A stretch of 64,000 bases of DNA from an uncultured Thermoleophilia bacterium (GTDB lineage: Bacteria > Actinomycetota > Thermoleophilia > UBA2241). Positions within the stretch are counted from its first letter, which is position 1. Every line of letters begins with the position of its first letter. Positions 45,228 to 54,888 of this stretch are shown in pieces. The DNA is taken from positions 75,937 to 139,936 of the forward strand of contig CAVOVA010000001.1 of the NCBI GenBank assembly GCA_963699725.1, written 5' to 3'. The notes beneath the pieces are model-generated. The model saw only the letters and a program-made list of their open reading frames with translations. It was not told the origin of the DNA and did not search any database. Both the position numbers and the translations under genes were made by a program.

Positions 45228-45869
45228 GTGAGCGACGGTCCCACCATCTACGCATCCGAGCCCCTGCAGGTCTACCTCGACGACGCCGCCAGCAAGAAGC
45301 CGGCGCCGGGCGGCGGCAGCGTGTCGGCCTGTGTCGGCGCCCTCGGCGCCGCGCTCGTCGCCATGGTCTGCAATCTCACCCGGGGGCGTGAGAAGTTCGC
45401 CGACGTCGAGACCGAGATCGTCGCCCTGGTCGGCCAGGCCGACGACGCCCGCGCGCGCCTTGAGCAGCTCCTGCAGGACGACACCACGGCGTACAACGGC
45501 GTCATCACCGCCTTCAAGATGCCCAAGGACACCGACGAGGAGAAGGCCGCCCGCAAGGCCGCGGTGCAGGCCGGCCTCGTCGTTGCCGCAGACGTCCCGC
45601 TCGAGATCTGCCGCGTGGCCGTGGACGTGTGTCGCGTGGCGAAGGTCGCCGCCGAGCTCGGCAACCCGCAGGCGGTCACCGACGCCGGTATCGGCGCCAT
45701 CCTCGGCGAGGCGGCCGTGGTCGGCGCCGCGCTCAACGTGCGCATCAACCTTGGCTCCATCGAGGACTGCGACTACACTCTGGCCGCTGCGGCGGAGATC
45801 GACAAGATCGAGGCCGAGGCCGCGGCGCTCCGCTCCGAGGTCCTCGCCATCACGCTCTCCAAGCTCTGA
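45228..45869 (+). CDS. fchA: Methenyltetrahydrofolate cyclohydrolase (FchA / cyclodeaminase-cyclohydrolase family).
   Basis: GTG start. ...AASKKPAPGGGSVSACVGALGAALVAMVCNLT... Confidence 0.75.
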   Translation: MSDGPTIYASEPLQVYLDDAASKKPAPGGGSVSACVGALGAALVAMVCNLTRGREKFADVETEIVALVGQADDARARLEQLLQDDTTAYNGVITAFKMPKDTDEEKAARKAAVQAGLVVAADVPLEICRVAVDVCRVAKVAAELGNPQAVTDAGIGAILGEAAVVGAALNVRINLGSIEDCDYTLAAAAEIDKIEAEAAALRSEVLAITLSKL

Positions 45870-45902
45870 TCACACCTGACGACCGTAAACGAGAGGGAAG
45901 CC

Positions 45903-46766
45903 ATGGCAGCTCAGATCATCGACGGCAAGGCGATCGCCGAGCAGGTCCGCGAGGAGATCAAGTCCGAGGTCGCGCAGCTCGCGACCTCCGGCGTCACGCC
46001 CGGCGTCGCGACGATCCTCGTCGGCGAGGACGGCGGCGCGCAGTTCTATCGCGGCCAGATCGAGAAGAACACCGGTACGGTGGGCTTCAACTACTTCAGC
46101 CACGTGCTCCCGGCCGGCGCGAGCGAGGCTGAGATCCTCGATCTCATCGCCAAGCTCAACGCCGACCCGAGCGTACACGGCATTCTCGCGCTGATGCCGA
46201 TGGACGCCGACATCGACCAGAACACCGTGTTCAACGCGATCGCTCCCGAGAAGGACCTCGACTGCGTGAACCCGGCCAACATCGGCCACGTGCTGCTCGG
46301 CGACCAGTTGTTCGCCCCGGCCACGCCGAGCGCCTGCATCGAGATCCTCGACCGCGAGGGCATCGAGCTGTGTCCCGGGGGCAAGGGTCTCAACGTGACT
46401 ATCGTGAATCACTCCAACATCGTCGGGAAGCCGGTGGCGCTGCTCTGCCTCAACCGCAACGCCTCGGTCCATGTGGTCCACGTGTTCAGCAAGGACGTGC
46501 CCGCCGCCTGCCGTGAGGCCGACGTGCTCATCTGCGCCGCTCCGGTGCAGAACCTCATCAAGGCCGACATGGTCAAGCCGGGCGCCGTGGTCATCGACGT
46601 CACCACCATCCGCGTCGACGGCAAGCAGGTCGGCTCCCTCGAGTTCGAGGCTGTCTGCGAGGTCGCCGCCCGCGTCACACCGGTCCCCGGAGGCGTCGGC
46701 CCCGTCACCAACGTCATCCTGCTCAAGAACGCCCTCGCCGCCTGCAAGGCGCAGACGGCCGGCTGA
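45903..46766 (+). CDS. folD: Bifunctional methylene-THF dehydrogenase / methenyl-THF cyclohydrolase.
   Basis: MAAQIIDGKAIAEQVREEIK...ATILVGEDGGAQFY...NHSNIVGKPVALL...TPVPGGVGPVT. Confidence 0.9.
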   Translation: MAAQIIDGKAIAEQVREEIKSEVAQLATSGVTPGVATILVGEDGGAQFYRGQIEKNTGTVGFNYFSHVLPAGASEAEILDLIAKLNADPSVHGILALMPMDADIDQNTVFNAIAPEKDLDCVNPANIGHVLLGDQLFAPATPSACIEILDREGIELCPGGKGLNVTIVNHSNIVGKPVALLCLNRNASVHVVHVFSKDVPAACREADVLICAAPVQNLIKADMVKPGAVVIDVTTIRVDGKQVGSLEFEAVCEVAARVTPVPGGVGPVTNVILLKNALAACKAQTAG

Positions 46767-46934
46767 TCGCGACGCCGGCGGCGGGCGCGGCGGCCCTCCG
46801 GGCCGCGGTACCCGCCGCCGGCCAAGTATGCTTCACTGAATCCAGACTGAAGACGGAGACGGGAAGGACGGCGGCCGGACTGGTGTGCCATGGCCGCCCG
46901 ACGAACGCGGAAGTGCGAAGGTGGAGTTGATGTG

Positions 46935-47486
46935 ATGCCCAGCCCAGCAGTGCCCTCCAAGCCTGCCGCGACCGGGGGAGGAGCCCCCGGGGCGGACGTC
47001 GACCTCGAGCAGGTCCAGGCGCTCGTCGCGGAGATCGACCCCCACGGCAACCTGATCGCGCTGCTGCAGCGCGCCCAGAGTGTCTTCGGCTATCTGCCGG
47101 AGCCTGTCGTCGACGAGATCGCCCGGCTGAGCGGCGTCCCGGCCTCGCGCATCTACGGCATCATCACCTTCTACGCCCAGTTCACCACGGTCCCCAGCGG
47201 GCGGCACAAGATCTTCGTCTGTCACGGCACTGCCTGTCACGTGGCCGGTGCGACGCGCATCACCGAGGCGCTCGAGCAGGAGCTCGAGGTCGGCGACGGC
47301 GAGACCACGGACGACATGGAGTTCACGCTCGGCTCGGTCGCCTGCATGGGCGCCTGCTCGCAGGCGCCCGTCATGCGCGTCGAAGAAGAGACCTACGGCA
47401 ACCTCAGCGCCGACGAGACGCGGAAGATCGCGCGCAAGCTCCTGGCCGAGGTGGTCGAGGAGCGCGGGGGCGATGGCGATGCCTGA
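46935..47486 (+). CDS. NuoE/HoxE/FdsG-like [2Fe-2S] thioredoxin-fold subunit.
   Basis: ...IFVCHGTACHVAGA...LGSVACMGACSQAPVMRV. Four-Cys 2Fe-2S pattern of the NuoE family. Confidence 0.8.
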   Translation: MPSPAVPSKPAATGGGAPGADVDLEQVQALVAEIDPHGNLIALLQRAQSVFGYLPEPVVDEIARLSGVPASRIYGIITFYAQFTTVPSGRHKIFVCHGTACHVAGATRITEALEQELEVGDGETTDDMEFTLGSVACMGACSQAPVMRVEEETYGNLSADETRKIARKLLAEVVEERGGDGDA

Positions 47487-49371
47487 GGTCACCCCAACGC
47501 CTGCCGAGGGCGTCAAGGTCGGCGTCTCCACCGGCGCGGACGGCCGGCGGCGTGTCTCCGTGTGCGCCGGCACCGCCTGCGTCTTCGCCGGCTCCATGAA
47601 GATCCACGACGCCTTCGTCGCCGAGATCGCCGAGGCCGGGCTCCAGGACGAGGTCGAGGTCGGCATCATCGGCTGTCACGGCCTGTGCTCCCAGGGTCCG
47701 CTGGCGGTGGTCTCGGACGGAGGCACGTACTACCCGCGCCTCAAGCTCAAGAACGTGAAGACGATCGTCGAGGAGCACCTCGTCGGCGGCGCGGTCGTGG
47801 AGAAGTTCCTGTACACCGACCCCGCGACCGGGGAGCGTATCGCCTGCGCCCACGATATCCCCTTCTACAAGTCGCAGACGCGTGTCGCGCTGCGCAACGT
47901 CGGCGTCATCGACCCGGAGAGCCTGGACGAGTACCTGGCGCGAGGTGGCTACGAGGCCGCGCGCAAGGCGCTCACGACGATGAAGCCGGAGGAGATCGTC
48001 CAGATGGTGCTGGACTCCGGGCTGCGCGGCCGGGGAGGCGCCGGGTTCCCGACGGGCATGAAGTGGAAGTTCGCGGCCGCCTCGCCGGGCGAGGTCAAGT
48101 ACATCATCTGCAACGGGGACGAGGGCGACCCCGGCGCGTTCATGGACGCCTCCATCATGGACGGCGATCCGCACGCTGTGCTGGAGGGCATGCTGATCGG
48201 CAGCTACGCCATCGGCGCCCACGAGGGCTACATCTACGTGCGCGCCGAGTATCCGCTCGCCGTCAAGCGCCTGCGCCTCGCCATCGCCGCAGCTGAGGAG
48301 CGCGGACTGTTGGGCGACGACGCGCTCGGCAGCGGCTGGGATTTCAAGCTCAGGATCAAGGAGGGCGCCGGAGCCTTCGTCTGCGGTGAGGAGACGGCGC
48401 TGATCGCCTCCATCGAGGGCAAGCGCGGCATGCCGCGCACTCGTCCCCCCTTCCCGGCCGTCTCGGGTCTCTGGGGCAAGCCGACGAACATCAACAACGT
48501 CGAGACGTGGGCCAACGTGTCCTGGATCGTCGCCAGCGGGCCGACCGCCTACGCCTGCCACGGGAGCGACGCGTGCAAGGGCACCAAGGCCTTCAGCCTC
48601 GCCGGCAAGATCGTCAACGGCGGCCTCGCCGAGGTGCCGATGGGCTCCACGCTGCGGCACGTCATCTTCGACGTCGGCGGCGGCATCAAGGACGGCAAAG
48701 AGTTCAAGGCCGTGCAGCTCGGCGGCCCGTCCGGCGGGTGCGTGCCGGCGAGCCTCCTCGATACCCCGGTCGACTACGAGAGCCTGGCCGCGACCGGCGC
48801 CATCATGGGCTCCGGCGGCATGGTGGTCGCCGACGACACCACGTGCATGGTCGATCTCGCGAGGTACTTCCTGCAGTTCACGCAGAACGAGAGCTGCGGC
48901 AAGTGCGTCCCCTGCCGTCTCGGCACCAAACGCATGCTCGAGATCCTCGAGCGCATCTGCGCCGGTGAGGGGGAGGAGGGCGACGTCGAGCGCCTCGAGA
49001 AGCTGGCCGTCACCATCAAGCAGACCAGTCTCTGCGGCCTCGGCCAGACCGCGCCCAACCCGGTGCTCACGACGATCCGCTACTTCCGCGACGAGTATCG
49101 GGCCCACATCGATGGCCGCCGCTGCCCTGCGCTCTCGTGCGAAGCGCTCATCGCCTACTCCATCGATCCGGAGACCTGCACCGGCTGCACGTTGTGCGCC
49201 AAGAAGTGCCCGGTCGAGGCGGCGACCGGCGAGAAGAAGCAGGTCCACACCATCGACCAGGCGCTCTGCATCCGCTGCGACGCCTGCCGCGTCGCCTGCA
49301 AGTTCGACGCGGTCAAGGTCGTGAGCGGGCCGGAAGAGATCGCCGCGGCGGTGCGGGCGCAGAACGCGTGA
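47473..49371 (+). CDS. NuoF/HoxF/HydB-like NAD(P)H-binding flavoprotein. N-terminal thioredoxin-like 2Fe-2S domain, FMN/NADH core, C-terminal 2x[4Fe-4S] ferredoxin domains.
   Basis: MAMPEV...VSVCAGTACVFAGS...GCHGLCSQGP; GLRGRGGAGFPTG; ESCGKCVPCR; CTGCTLCAKKCP...CIRCDACRVACK. Overlaps the nuoE-like gene by 14 bp. Confidence 0.85.
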   Translation: MAMPEVTPTPAEGVKVGVSTGADGRRRVSVCAGTACVFAGSMKIHDAFVAEIAEAGLQDEVEVGIIGCHGLCSQGPLAVVSDGGTYYPRLKLKNVKTIVEEHLVGGAVVEKFLYTDPATGERIACAHDIPFYKSQTRVALRNVGVIDPESLDEYLARGGYEAARKALTTMKPEEIVQMVLDSGLRGRGGAGFPTGMKWKFAAASPGEVKYIICNGDEGDPGAFMDASIMDGDPHAVLEGMLIGSYAIGAHEGYIYVRAEYPLAVKRLRLAIAAAEERGLLGDDALGSGWDFKLRIKEGAGAFVCGEETALIASIEGKRGMPRTRPPFPAVSGLWGKPTNINNVETWANVSWIVASGPTAYACHGSDACKGTKAFSLAGKIVNGGLAEVPMGSTLRHVIFDVGGGIKDGKEFKAVQLGGPSGGCVPASLLDTPVDYESLAATGAIMGSGGMVVADDTTCMVDLARYFLQFTQNESCGKCVPCRLGTKRMLEILERICAGEGEEGDVERLEKLAVTIKQTSLCGLGQTAPNPVLTTIRYFRDEYRAHIDGRRCPALSCEALIAYSIDPETCTGCTLCAKKCPVEAATGEKKQVHTIDQALCIRCDACRVACKFDAVKVVSGPEEIAAAVRAQNA

Positions 49372-49391
49372 CGCCTCGAGACTCGCGCCTT

Positions 49392-49436
49392 CGGGCCCGG
49401 CGATGCAATCACGGTGTCGCCGGGCCCTGTGCATCT
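49392..49436 (+). terminator. Intrinsic-terminator-like hairpin (GGGCCCGGCGA-N13-TCGCCGGGCCC) followed by TGTGCATCTTT.
   Basis: Perfect 11-bp stem immediately after the nuoF-like stop. Confidence 0.5.
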
Positions 49437-49619
49437 TTGCCTGCGCGGACGCCTTGCCTTCCGGCATGGCTTGCGCATATCTTTCGCTCGGCGAGCGAAC
49501 TGCGTCACGATCGATACGGCGGATCGAGGGGGTGGACCACACAGCGACAGTCGTGAGAACCAGTAGTACGCGGATTGTCGCCGGGGGACGGCCGGGAGTC
49601 CGCCAACAAGGGGGGTAGT

Positions 49620-51245
49620 GTGGCAGAAGAACTCGCGTTCGCAAGAAAAGCCAGCGGCCTGGTCCGTGGCCTCTCCATGACCGACGCCATCGCCGTCGGC
49701 ATGATGAACCAGGGCATCACGCCCAGCATCTGGACGATGATCACCTGGGGCCTCGGCACCTACCTGACCGGTAACCTGCTCTGGGCCAGCATCATCTCGC
49801 TCGTGCTCGTCGGCTTCGGCTTCCCGCTCGTCTGGGGCGTGCTCTCCGGGAGCATGCCGCGCTCGGGCGGCGAGTACATCTACAACACGCGCATCATCCA
49901 CCCGATCGTCGGCATCGCCGAGAGCTTCGGCAACGCCTTCGTGATGATCTTCTGGGTCTACATCCTGGCGCCGTGGATCGCCGATCCCGGGCTCGTGATC
50001 TTCGCCGAGTACCAGGGCTGGACCTGGCTCTACGACTCGGCCACCGAAGCCTTCTTCGGCGGCCTCTCCTACGACTGGGGCGTGTTCGTCGTCGCCACGG
50101 TCGCCAACATCATCGCCTTCTTCACGGTCGTCTTCGGCATGAAGATCTTCGCCACCGTGCAGAAGACGATCATGGCCTTCGCCCTGGGCGGCGCCGCCGT
50201 GGTCACCGGGGCGATCATGTTCAGCAGCAAGGACGGCTTCGCCGAGAAGTGGGACGTGATCGCCGCCAAGTACGACTCGCTCGCCTACTCCGAGGTCGTG
50301 CCCGCGGTGTCGGCCGCCATCGGGGAGGCGGTGCCGACGAGCTCGACCTTCTACGGCACACTCGGCGTCATGGTCGCCGGGTCGTGGCTGTTCGCCTACG
50401 CCTACTTCTGCGTCTTCGTCGCCGGCGAGGTCAAGCGCCCCGACAAGACGCTGATCACGGCCAACTTCATCGCCATCCTGATCCCCGCCTGTTTCATGAT
50501 CTGGACGGCGCTCGCGATGTACGCGACGATGCCGTTCGACTTCATCTCGGCGACCGCCTGGATCGACAACAACGGCGGCATCGAGGGCTACAACCTGCCC
50601 TACCTGCCGAGCTACATGAGCCTCGCCTACATCGCCCACTCGAACTGGTTCATCGCCCTGGCGGCGAGCGGTTCCTACATCCTCTTCACCTTCTGGTACC
50701 TCTCGCTCAGCTACCTCGCCTTCCCGCGCATCATCTTCGCCTGGGGCATGGACCGCATGGGTCCCAAGTGGTTCACCTCGATCAACCCACGCTGGGCGAG
50801 CCCGGTGAAGAACTACATCCTCTGCTTCGTCCTCTGCCAGGGCGCGATCGCGCTCTACACCTTCTGGCTGGGCAGCTACATGCAGGGGCTCACCGTGACC
50901 GGCATGGAGATCGTCTCGGTCTGGGGCGTGACCACCATCGCCGCGCTCGTCTTCCCCTACGTGAAGCGCGCCAAGGGCATCTGGGAGTCCTCGCCCTACC
51001 GCACCTGGAAGTTCCTCGGCGTCCCGCTCGTCTCCTGGGGCGCCCTGGTCTCGCTGGTCTACCTCGGAATCCTCTTCTACTTCCTCATCTTCACCGAGGA
51101 GATGAAGGACTCCAACGGCCAGTCGTGGATCCTCTACGGCATCGTCTGGATCATCGGTATCCTCTGGTACTTCTTCTGGGCGGCGCGCAGCAAGAGCGTC
51201 GGCGTCGACGTCGGCATGACCTACGGGGAGCTACCGCCGGAGTGA
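49620..51245 (+). CDS. APC-superfamily amino-acid/polyamine permease (paralog 1).
   Basis: GTG start. VAEELAFARKASGLVRGLSMTDAIAVGMMNQG... Twelve or more transmembrane segments. N-terminus parallels paralog 2. Confidence 0.8.
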   Translation: MAEELAFARKASGLVRGLSMTDAIAVGMMNQGITPSIWTMITWGLGTYLTGNLLWASIISLVLVGFGFPLVWGVLSGSMPRSGGEYIYNTRIIHPIVGIAESFGNAFVMIFWVYILAPWIADPGLVIFAEYQGWTWLYDSATEAFFGGLSYDWGVFVVATVANIIAFFTVVFGMKIFATVQKTIMAFALGGAAVVTGAIMFSSKDGFAEKWDVIAAKYDSLAYSEVVPAVSAAIGEAVPTSSTFYGTLGVMVAGSWLFAYAYFCVFVAGEVKRPDKTLITANFIAILIPACFMIWTALAMYATMPFDFISATAWIDNNGGIEGYNLPYLPSYMSLAYIAHSNWFIALAASGSYILFTFWYLSLSYLAFPRIIFAWGMDRMGPKWFTSINPRWASPVKNYILCFVLCQGAIALYTFWLGSYMQGLTVTGMEIVSVWGVTTIAALVFPYVKRAKGIWESSPYRTWKFLGVPLVSWGALVSLVYLGILFYFLIFTEEMKDSNGQSWILYGIVWIIGILWYFFWAARSKSVGVDVGMTYGELPPE

Positions 51246-51293
51246 TGCTCCCGCACCACCACCCCGTCGCCGACGCGGCGACGTGAGACCGCT

Positions 51294-51328
51294 CCGGGGC
51301 GGCGCGCCAAGAGGCGCGCCGCCCCGGA
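51294..51328 (+). terminator. Strong GC palindrome (CCGGGGCGGCGCGCC-AAGAG-GGCGCGCCGCCCCGG) downstream of permease 1.
   Basis: Perfect 15-bp inverted repeat seen in the sequence. Confidence 0.45.
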
Positions 51329-51584
51329 GCTCTTCGCGGGACCCTGCCGGCCGCGTCACGCGGATCCGGCGCGTGCAGCCCCCGGCTATCGGCCGAAGCG
51401 CCGAACCGTCCCGCGTGGGGAGACCCTGCTCGGTGCAGGGCCGAGTCTACGCTGTATGTGGGATTCGGCAGGTCACAAACTTCATCGCTTGCCGAATCCG
51501 ACACACCCTTCGCAAGCCTTGACATTTTCCGACTCCAGGTATCGAAATATACTCACGAATGGGCCTGACCAAGGGGGGGTCGCG

Positions 51585-52076
51585 TTGCCATTCTCCCTCG
51601 ATACGATCGACAGGCAGATTGTGTCGCTTCTCATAGAAGACGGCCGCGTCTCGTCAGCCGAGATCACCCGGCGCATCGGGCACGTCTCCGAGCGCGCCGT
51701 GCGCTACCGGATCGAGCGCCTGATTCGCACGGGGGTGATCCGCGTGAGCGCCATCGTCATGCCCCAGGCCGTCGGCTTCGAGGTCACGGGCGACGTGCTC
51801 GTCGATGTCGCCCCCGGCAAGCTGCAGGACGTCGCCGCGCAGCTGGTCGAGTTCCCCACGGTGAGCTACGTTGCCGGATCGGTCGGCGAAGGCGACCTCA
51901 GTGTGCAGATCTACGCCCGGGACACCGAGGAGCTCCTGCGCTTCGTCAACGAGGTCATCGGCAAGGTCCCTGGAGTCACGCGCACCAAGCTCGCCATGGT
52001 GCCGTGGAAGCTCAAAGACGTGTATCAGTGGCACGTGCCCCCTGAGGCCGCTGAGGAAGGGAGGGCGATCGGCTGA
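51585..52076 (+). CDS. Lrp/AsnC-family transcriptional regulator.
   Basis: TTG start with Shine-Dalgarno AAGGGGGGG. ...LDTIDRQIVSLLIEDGRVSSAEITRRIGHVSERAVRYRIERLIRTGVI... plus a C-terminal RAM domain. An AT-rich leader with a TTGACA hexamer lies at 51519. Confidence 0.75.
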   Translation: MPFSLDTIDRQIVSLLIEDGRVSSAEITRRIGHVSERAVRYRIERLIRTGVIRVSAIVMPQAVGFEVTGDVLVDVAPGKLQDVAAQLVEFPTVSYVAGSVGEGDLSVQIYARDTEELLRFVNEVIGKVPGVTRTKLAMVPWKLKDVYQWHVPPEAAEEGRAIG

Positions 52077-52171
52077 GGCGTTCTCATTCTTGCTTTGACG
52101 TACCATCGCTCGATCACTGCAGCGCCGGCCGGGGGGGCCTCGTCGGCGAGACATCGAACAAGGGGGGAAAC

Positions 52172-53827
52172 ATGGCGGAAGAACTAGCCTTTGCCCGCAA
52201 AGCCAGCGGCCTGGTCCGGGGCCTCTCCATGTGGGACGCCTTCGGCGTGGGATTCATGAACCAGGGGCTCACGCCCTCGATCTGGGTCATGACCAGCCTC
52301 GGCGTGGGCGTCTACCTGGGCGGTAACCTCATCTGGGCGACGATCATCTCGATGATCCTCGCCGGCATCGGCTTCCCGATCGTATGGGGCGTGCTCGGCG
52401 GCTCTATGCCTCGTTCGGGCGGCGAGTACATCTACAACTCGCGCATCCTGCACCCCATCGTGGGCATCGGCGAGTCGTTCGGCAACGCCTTCGTGTGGAT
52501 CCTCTGGATCTACGTGCTGGCGCCCTGGCTGGCCGACCCCGGCATGATCATGATGTCGCAGTTCATGGACTGGCCGTGGCTCTACGACTCCGCCAACGAG
52601 ACGTTCTTCGGCGGCCTCAGCTACGCCTGGGGCAGCTTCGTCATCGCCACGATCGCCAACATCGTCGCCTTCCTGTTCGTGGTGTGGGGCATCAAGTGGT
52701 TCGCGCGCATCCAGAAGATCGTCATGATCTTCGGCATCGGCGGCTGCGTCGTCCTGCTCGGCGCCATCAGCTACTACGCCATGAAGCTCGGCCAGACCGG
52801 GTTCGTCGACAGCTGGAACGCTACTGCCGCGACGTACGGCTCGATCGACTACGCCGGCTTCCTCGCGGGGGCCAGCGAAGAGGCCGGCCAGATGATGCCG
52901 ACCTCCTGGAACTGGTTCGACACGTTCGGCGTCATGGTCGCCGGCTCGTGGCTCTTCGCCTACAGCTACTGCATCACGTTCATCGCCGGCGAAGTGAAGC
53001 GCCCGGACAAGACCATCATCCTGTCGAATCTCTTCGCGATCCTCGTCCCCGGCGCCTTCATGCTGTGGGCGGCTGTCGCGCTGTACGGCCTGGTCGAGTT
53101 CGACTTCTTCTCGGCGACGCAGTTCATCGACAACGCCGGCAGCGACCTCGGCGGCGCCTACACCGTGCCGTGGAGCACGAACTTCCTCGGCATCCTCGCC
53201 ATGGTCACCGCCAACAAGGTCGTCCTGTTCATCTCGGTGCTGTCGTTCCTGGCCTTCGACCTGTGGTGGGTCGCGCTCAGCTATCTGGCGTTCCCGCGCA
53301 TCCTCTTCGCGTGGGGCATGGACCGCATGGGTCCCAAGTGGTTCACGGACATCAACCCGCGGTTCGCCAGCCCCGTCAAGAACCACGTTCTCTGCTTCAT
53401 CCTCGGCCAGATCATGATCGCCGTGTACGTCTTCTGGCAGAACGAAGCGATGCAGGGCCTGGCGATTACCGCTCTGGAGATCTTCTCGGTGTTCGGCGTC
53501 ACGGCTGTCGCGGCGCTGGTCTTCCCGTATGTCAAGCGCGCCAGGGGCATCTGGGACGCGTCTCCGTACAAGACCTGGAGGATTGCCGGAATCCCGGTGG
53601 TCACGATCGGCGCCATCGTCGACCTCATCTACCTGGGCATCCTGGCCTACTTCTTCTTCTTCCTGCCCGACCCCGCCAAGCGCCTCGAGGGCTTCACCAC
53701 CTCGACGGGCCTGGTGATCGCCATCACGTGGGCCGTGGGCATCATCTGGTATTTCTTCTGGAAGCAGCGCAGCAAGAGCGTAGGCGTCGACGTCTCGATG
53801 ACCTACGGCGAGTTGCCGCCTGAGTGA
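52172..53827 (+). CDS. APC-superfamily amino-acid/polyamine permease (paralog 2).
   Basis: MAEELAFARKASGLVRGLSMWDAFGVGFMNQG... Collinear with paralog 1 along its whole length. Confidence 0.8.
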   Translation: MAEELAFARKASGLVRGLSMWDAFGVGFMNQGLTPSIWVMTSLGVGVYLGGNLIWATIISMILAGIGFPIVWGVLGGSMPRSGGEYIYNSRILHPIVGIGESFGNAFVWILWIYVLAPWLADPGMIMMSQFMDWPWLYDSANETFFGGLSYAWGSFVIATIANIVAFLFVVWGIKWFARIQKIVMIFGIGGCVVLLGAISYYAMKLGQTGFVDSWNATAATYGSIDYAGFLAGASEEAGQMMPTSWNWFDTFGVMVAGSWLFAYSYCITFIAGEVKRPDKTIILSNLFAILVPGAFMLWAAVALYGLVEFDFFSATQFIDNAGSDLGGAYTVPWSTNFLGILAMVTANKVVLFISVLSFLAFDLWWVALSYLAFPRILFAWGMDRMGPKWFTDINPRFASPVKNHVLCFILGQIMIAVYVFWQNEAMQGLAITALEIFSVFGVTAVAALVFPYVKRARGIWDASPYKTWRIAGIPVVTIGAIVDLIYLGILAYFFFFLPDPAKRLEGFTTSTGLVIAITWAVGIIWYFFWKQRSKSVGVDVSMTYGELPPE

Positions 53828-53894
53828 TCTTTGAGTACCGTGAGGGGGTGTGAGCATCCGCTCCCGCCCCCTCACTGGCCTTTGGAGTGTGTAG

Positions 53895-54827
53895 ATGATC
53901 AAGCTGTTTTTCGTCACCGACATCCACGGCTCGAACGTGTGCTACCGGAAGTTCCTGAACGCCCTTCCGATCTACGGAGCCGACGTCGCCGTCCTTCTGG
54001 GCGACCTGACCGGCAAGGTCCTCGTCCCGCTCGTGGACAAGGGTGGGGACCAGTGGGAATGCACCCTGATGGGGCAGTACCGCGAGATCAACGGGCAAGA
54101 GGAACTCGCGGAGATCAAGAAGATCGTCGAGAACGCCGGATACTACTGGGTCCACCAGACGCGCGAGGAGTTCGACGACACGCGCGCCGACCCGGCCAAG
54201 ATCGACGCGCTGTTCAAGAGCCTCGTCTTTGAGCGCGTGCAGGAGTGGCTCGATCTCGCCGATGAGCGGCTCGAGGGCAAGCCCTACCAGATGTACATGG
54301 CGCCGGGCAACGACGACTGGTTCGTGATCGACGACATGATCGACAACGCCAAGCTCGTGCACCCTTGCGACAAGCGCGTCGTCGAGATCGACCATCACGA
54401 GATGATCACCTCGTCGGCGTCCAACCCGACGCCGTGGGACACGCCGCGCGAGATGAGCGAGGAAGACCTCGAGGTGCACCTGCGCGAGCTGTGCGCCAAG
54501 GTCCAGAACCAGGGCACGGCGATCTACAACTTCCACGTGCCGCCGTACGGTTACTCGCTCGACCTGTGCCCCAAGCTCGACGAGAACCTGACCATGGCCG
54601 CCGACGAGAAGATCCACGCCGGCAGCATGGGCGCCAAACGGGTCATCGAGGAGTTCCAGCCGCTGCTCGGCCTGCACGGCCACATCCACGAGTCACGCGG
54701 TGCGCAGAAGGCCGGGCGCACGCTGCTCATCAACCCGGGCAGCGAGTACTCGGAGGGCATCCTCAAGGGCGTCATCATCATGCTCGACAAGAAGAAGATC
54801 AAGGACTACGTCTTCACCTCCGGGTGA
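53895..54827 (+). CDS. Calcineurin-like metallophosphoesterase.
   Basis: FVTDIHGS (DxH), LLGDL (GD), APGNDDW (GNH/D), ...FHVPPYG..., GHIHE. Confidence 0.75.
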   Translation: MIKLFFVTDIHGSNVCYRKFLNALPIYGADVAVLLGDLTGKVLVPLVDKGGDQWECTLMGQYREINGQEELAEIKKIVENAGYYWVHQTREEFDDTRADPAKIDALFKSLVFERVQEWLDLADERLEGKPYQMYMAPGNDDWFVIDDMIDNAKLVHPCDKRVVEIDHHEMITSSASNPTPWDTPREMSEEDLEVHLRELCAKVQNQGTAIYNFHVPPYGYSLDLCPKLDENLTMAADEKIHAGSMGAKRVIEEFQPLLGLHGHIHESRGAQKAGRTLLINPGSEYSEGILKGVIIMLDKKKIKDYVFTSG

Positions 54828-54888
54828 GCGGCGCGTAGACTCAATCTTTCGAGACGACGCCGAACCCGGAAGGGGGCGATAGGTAGAT

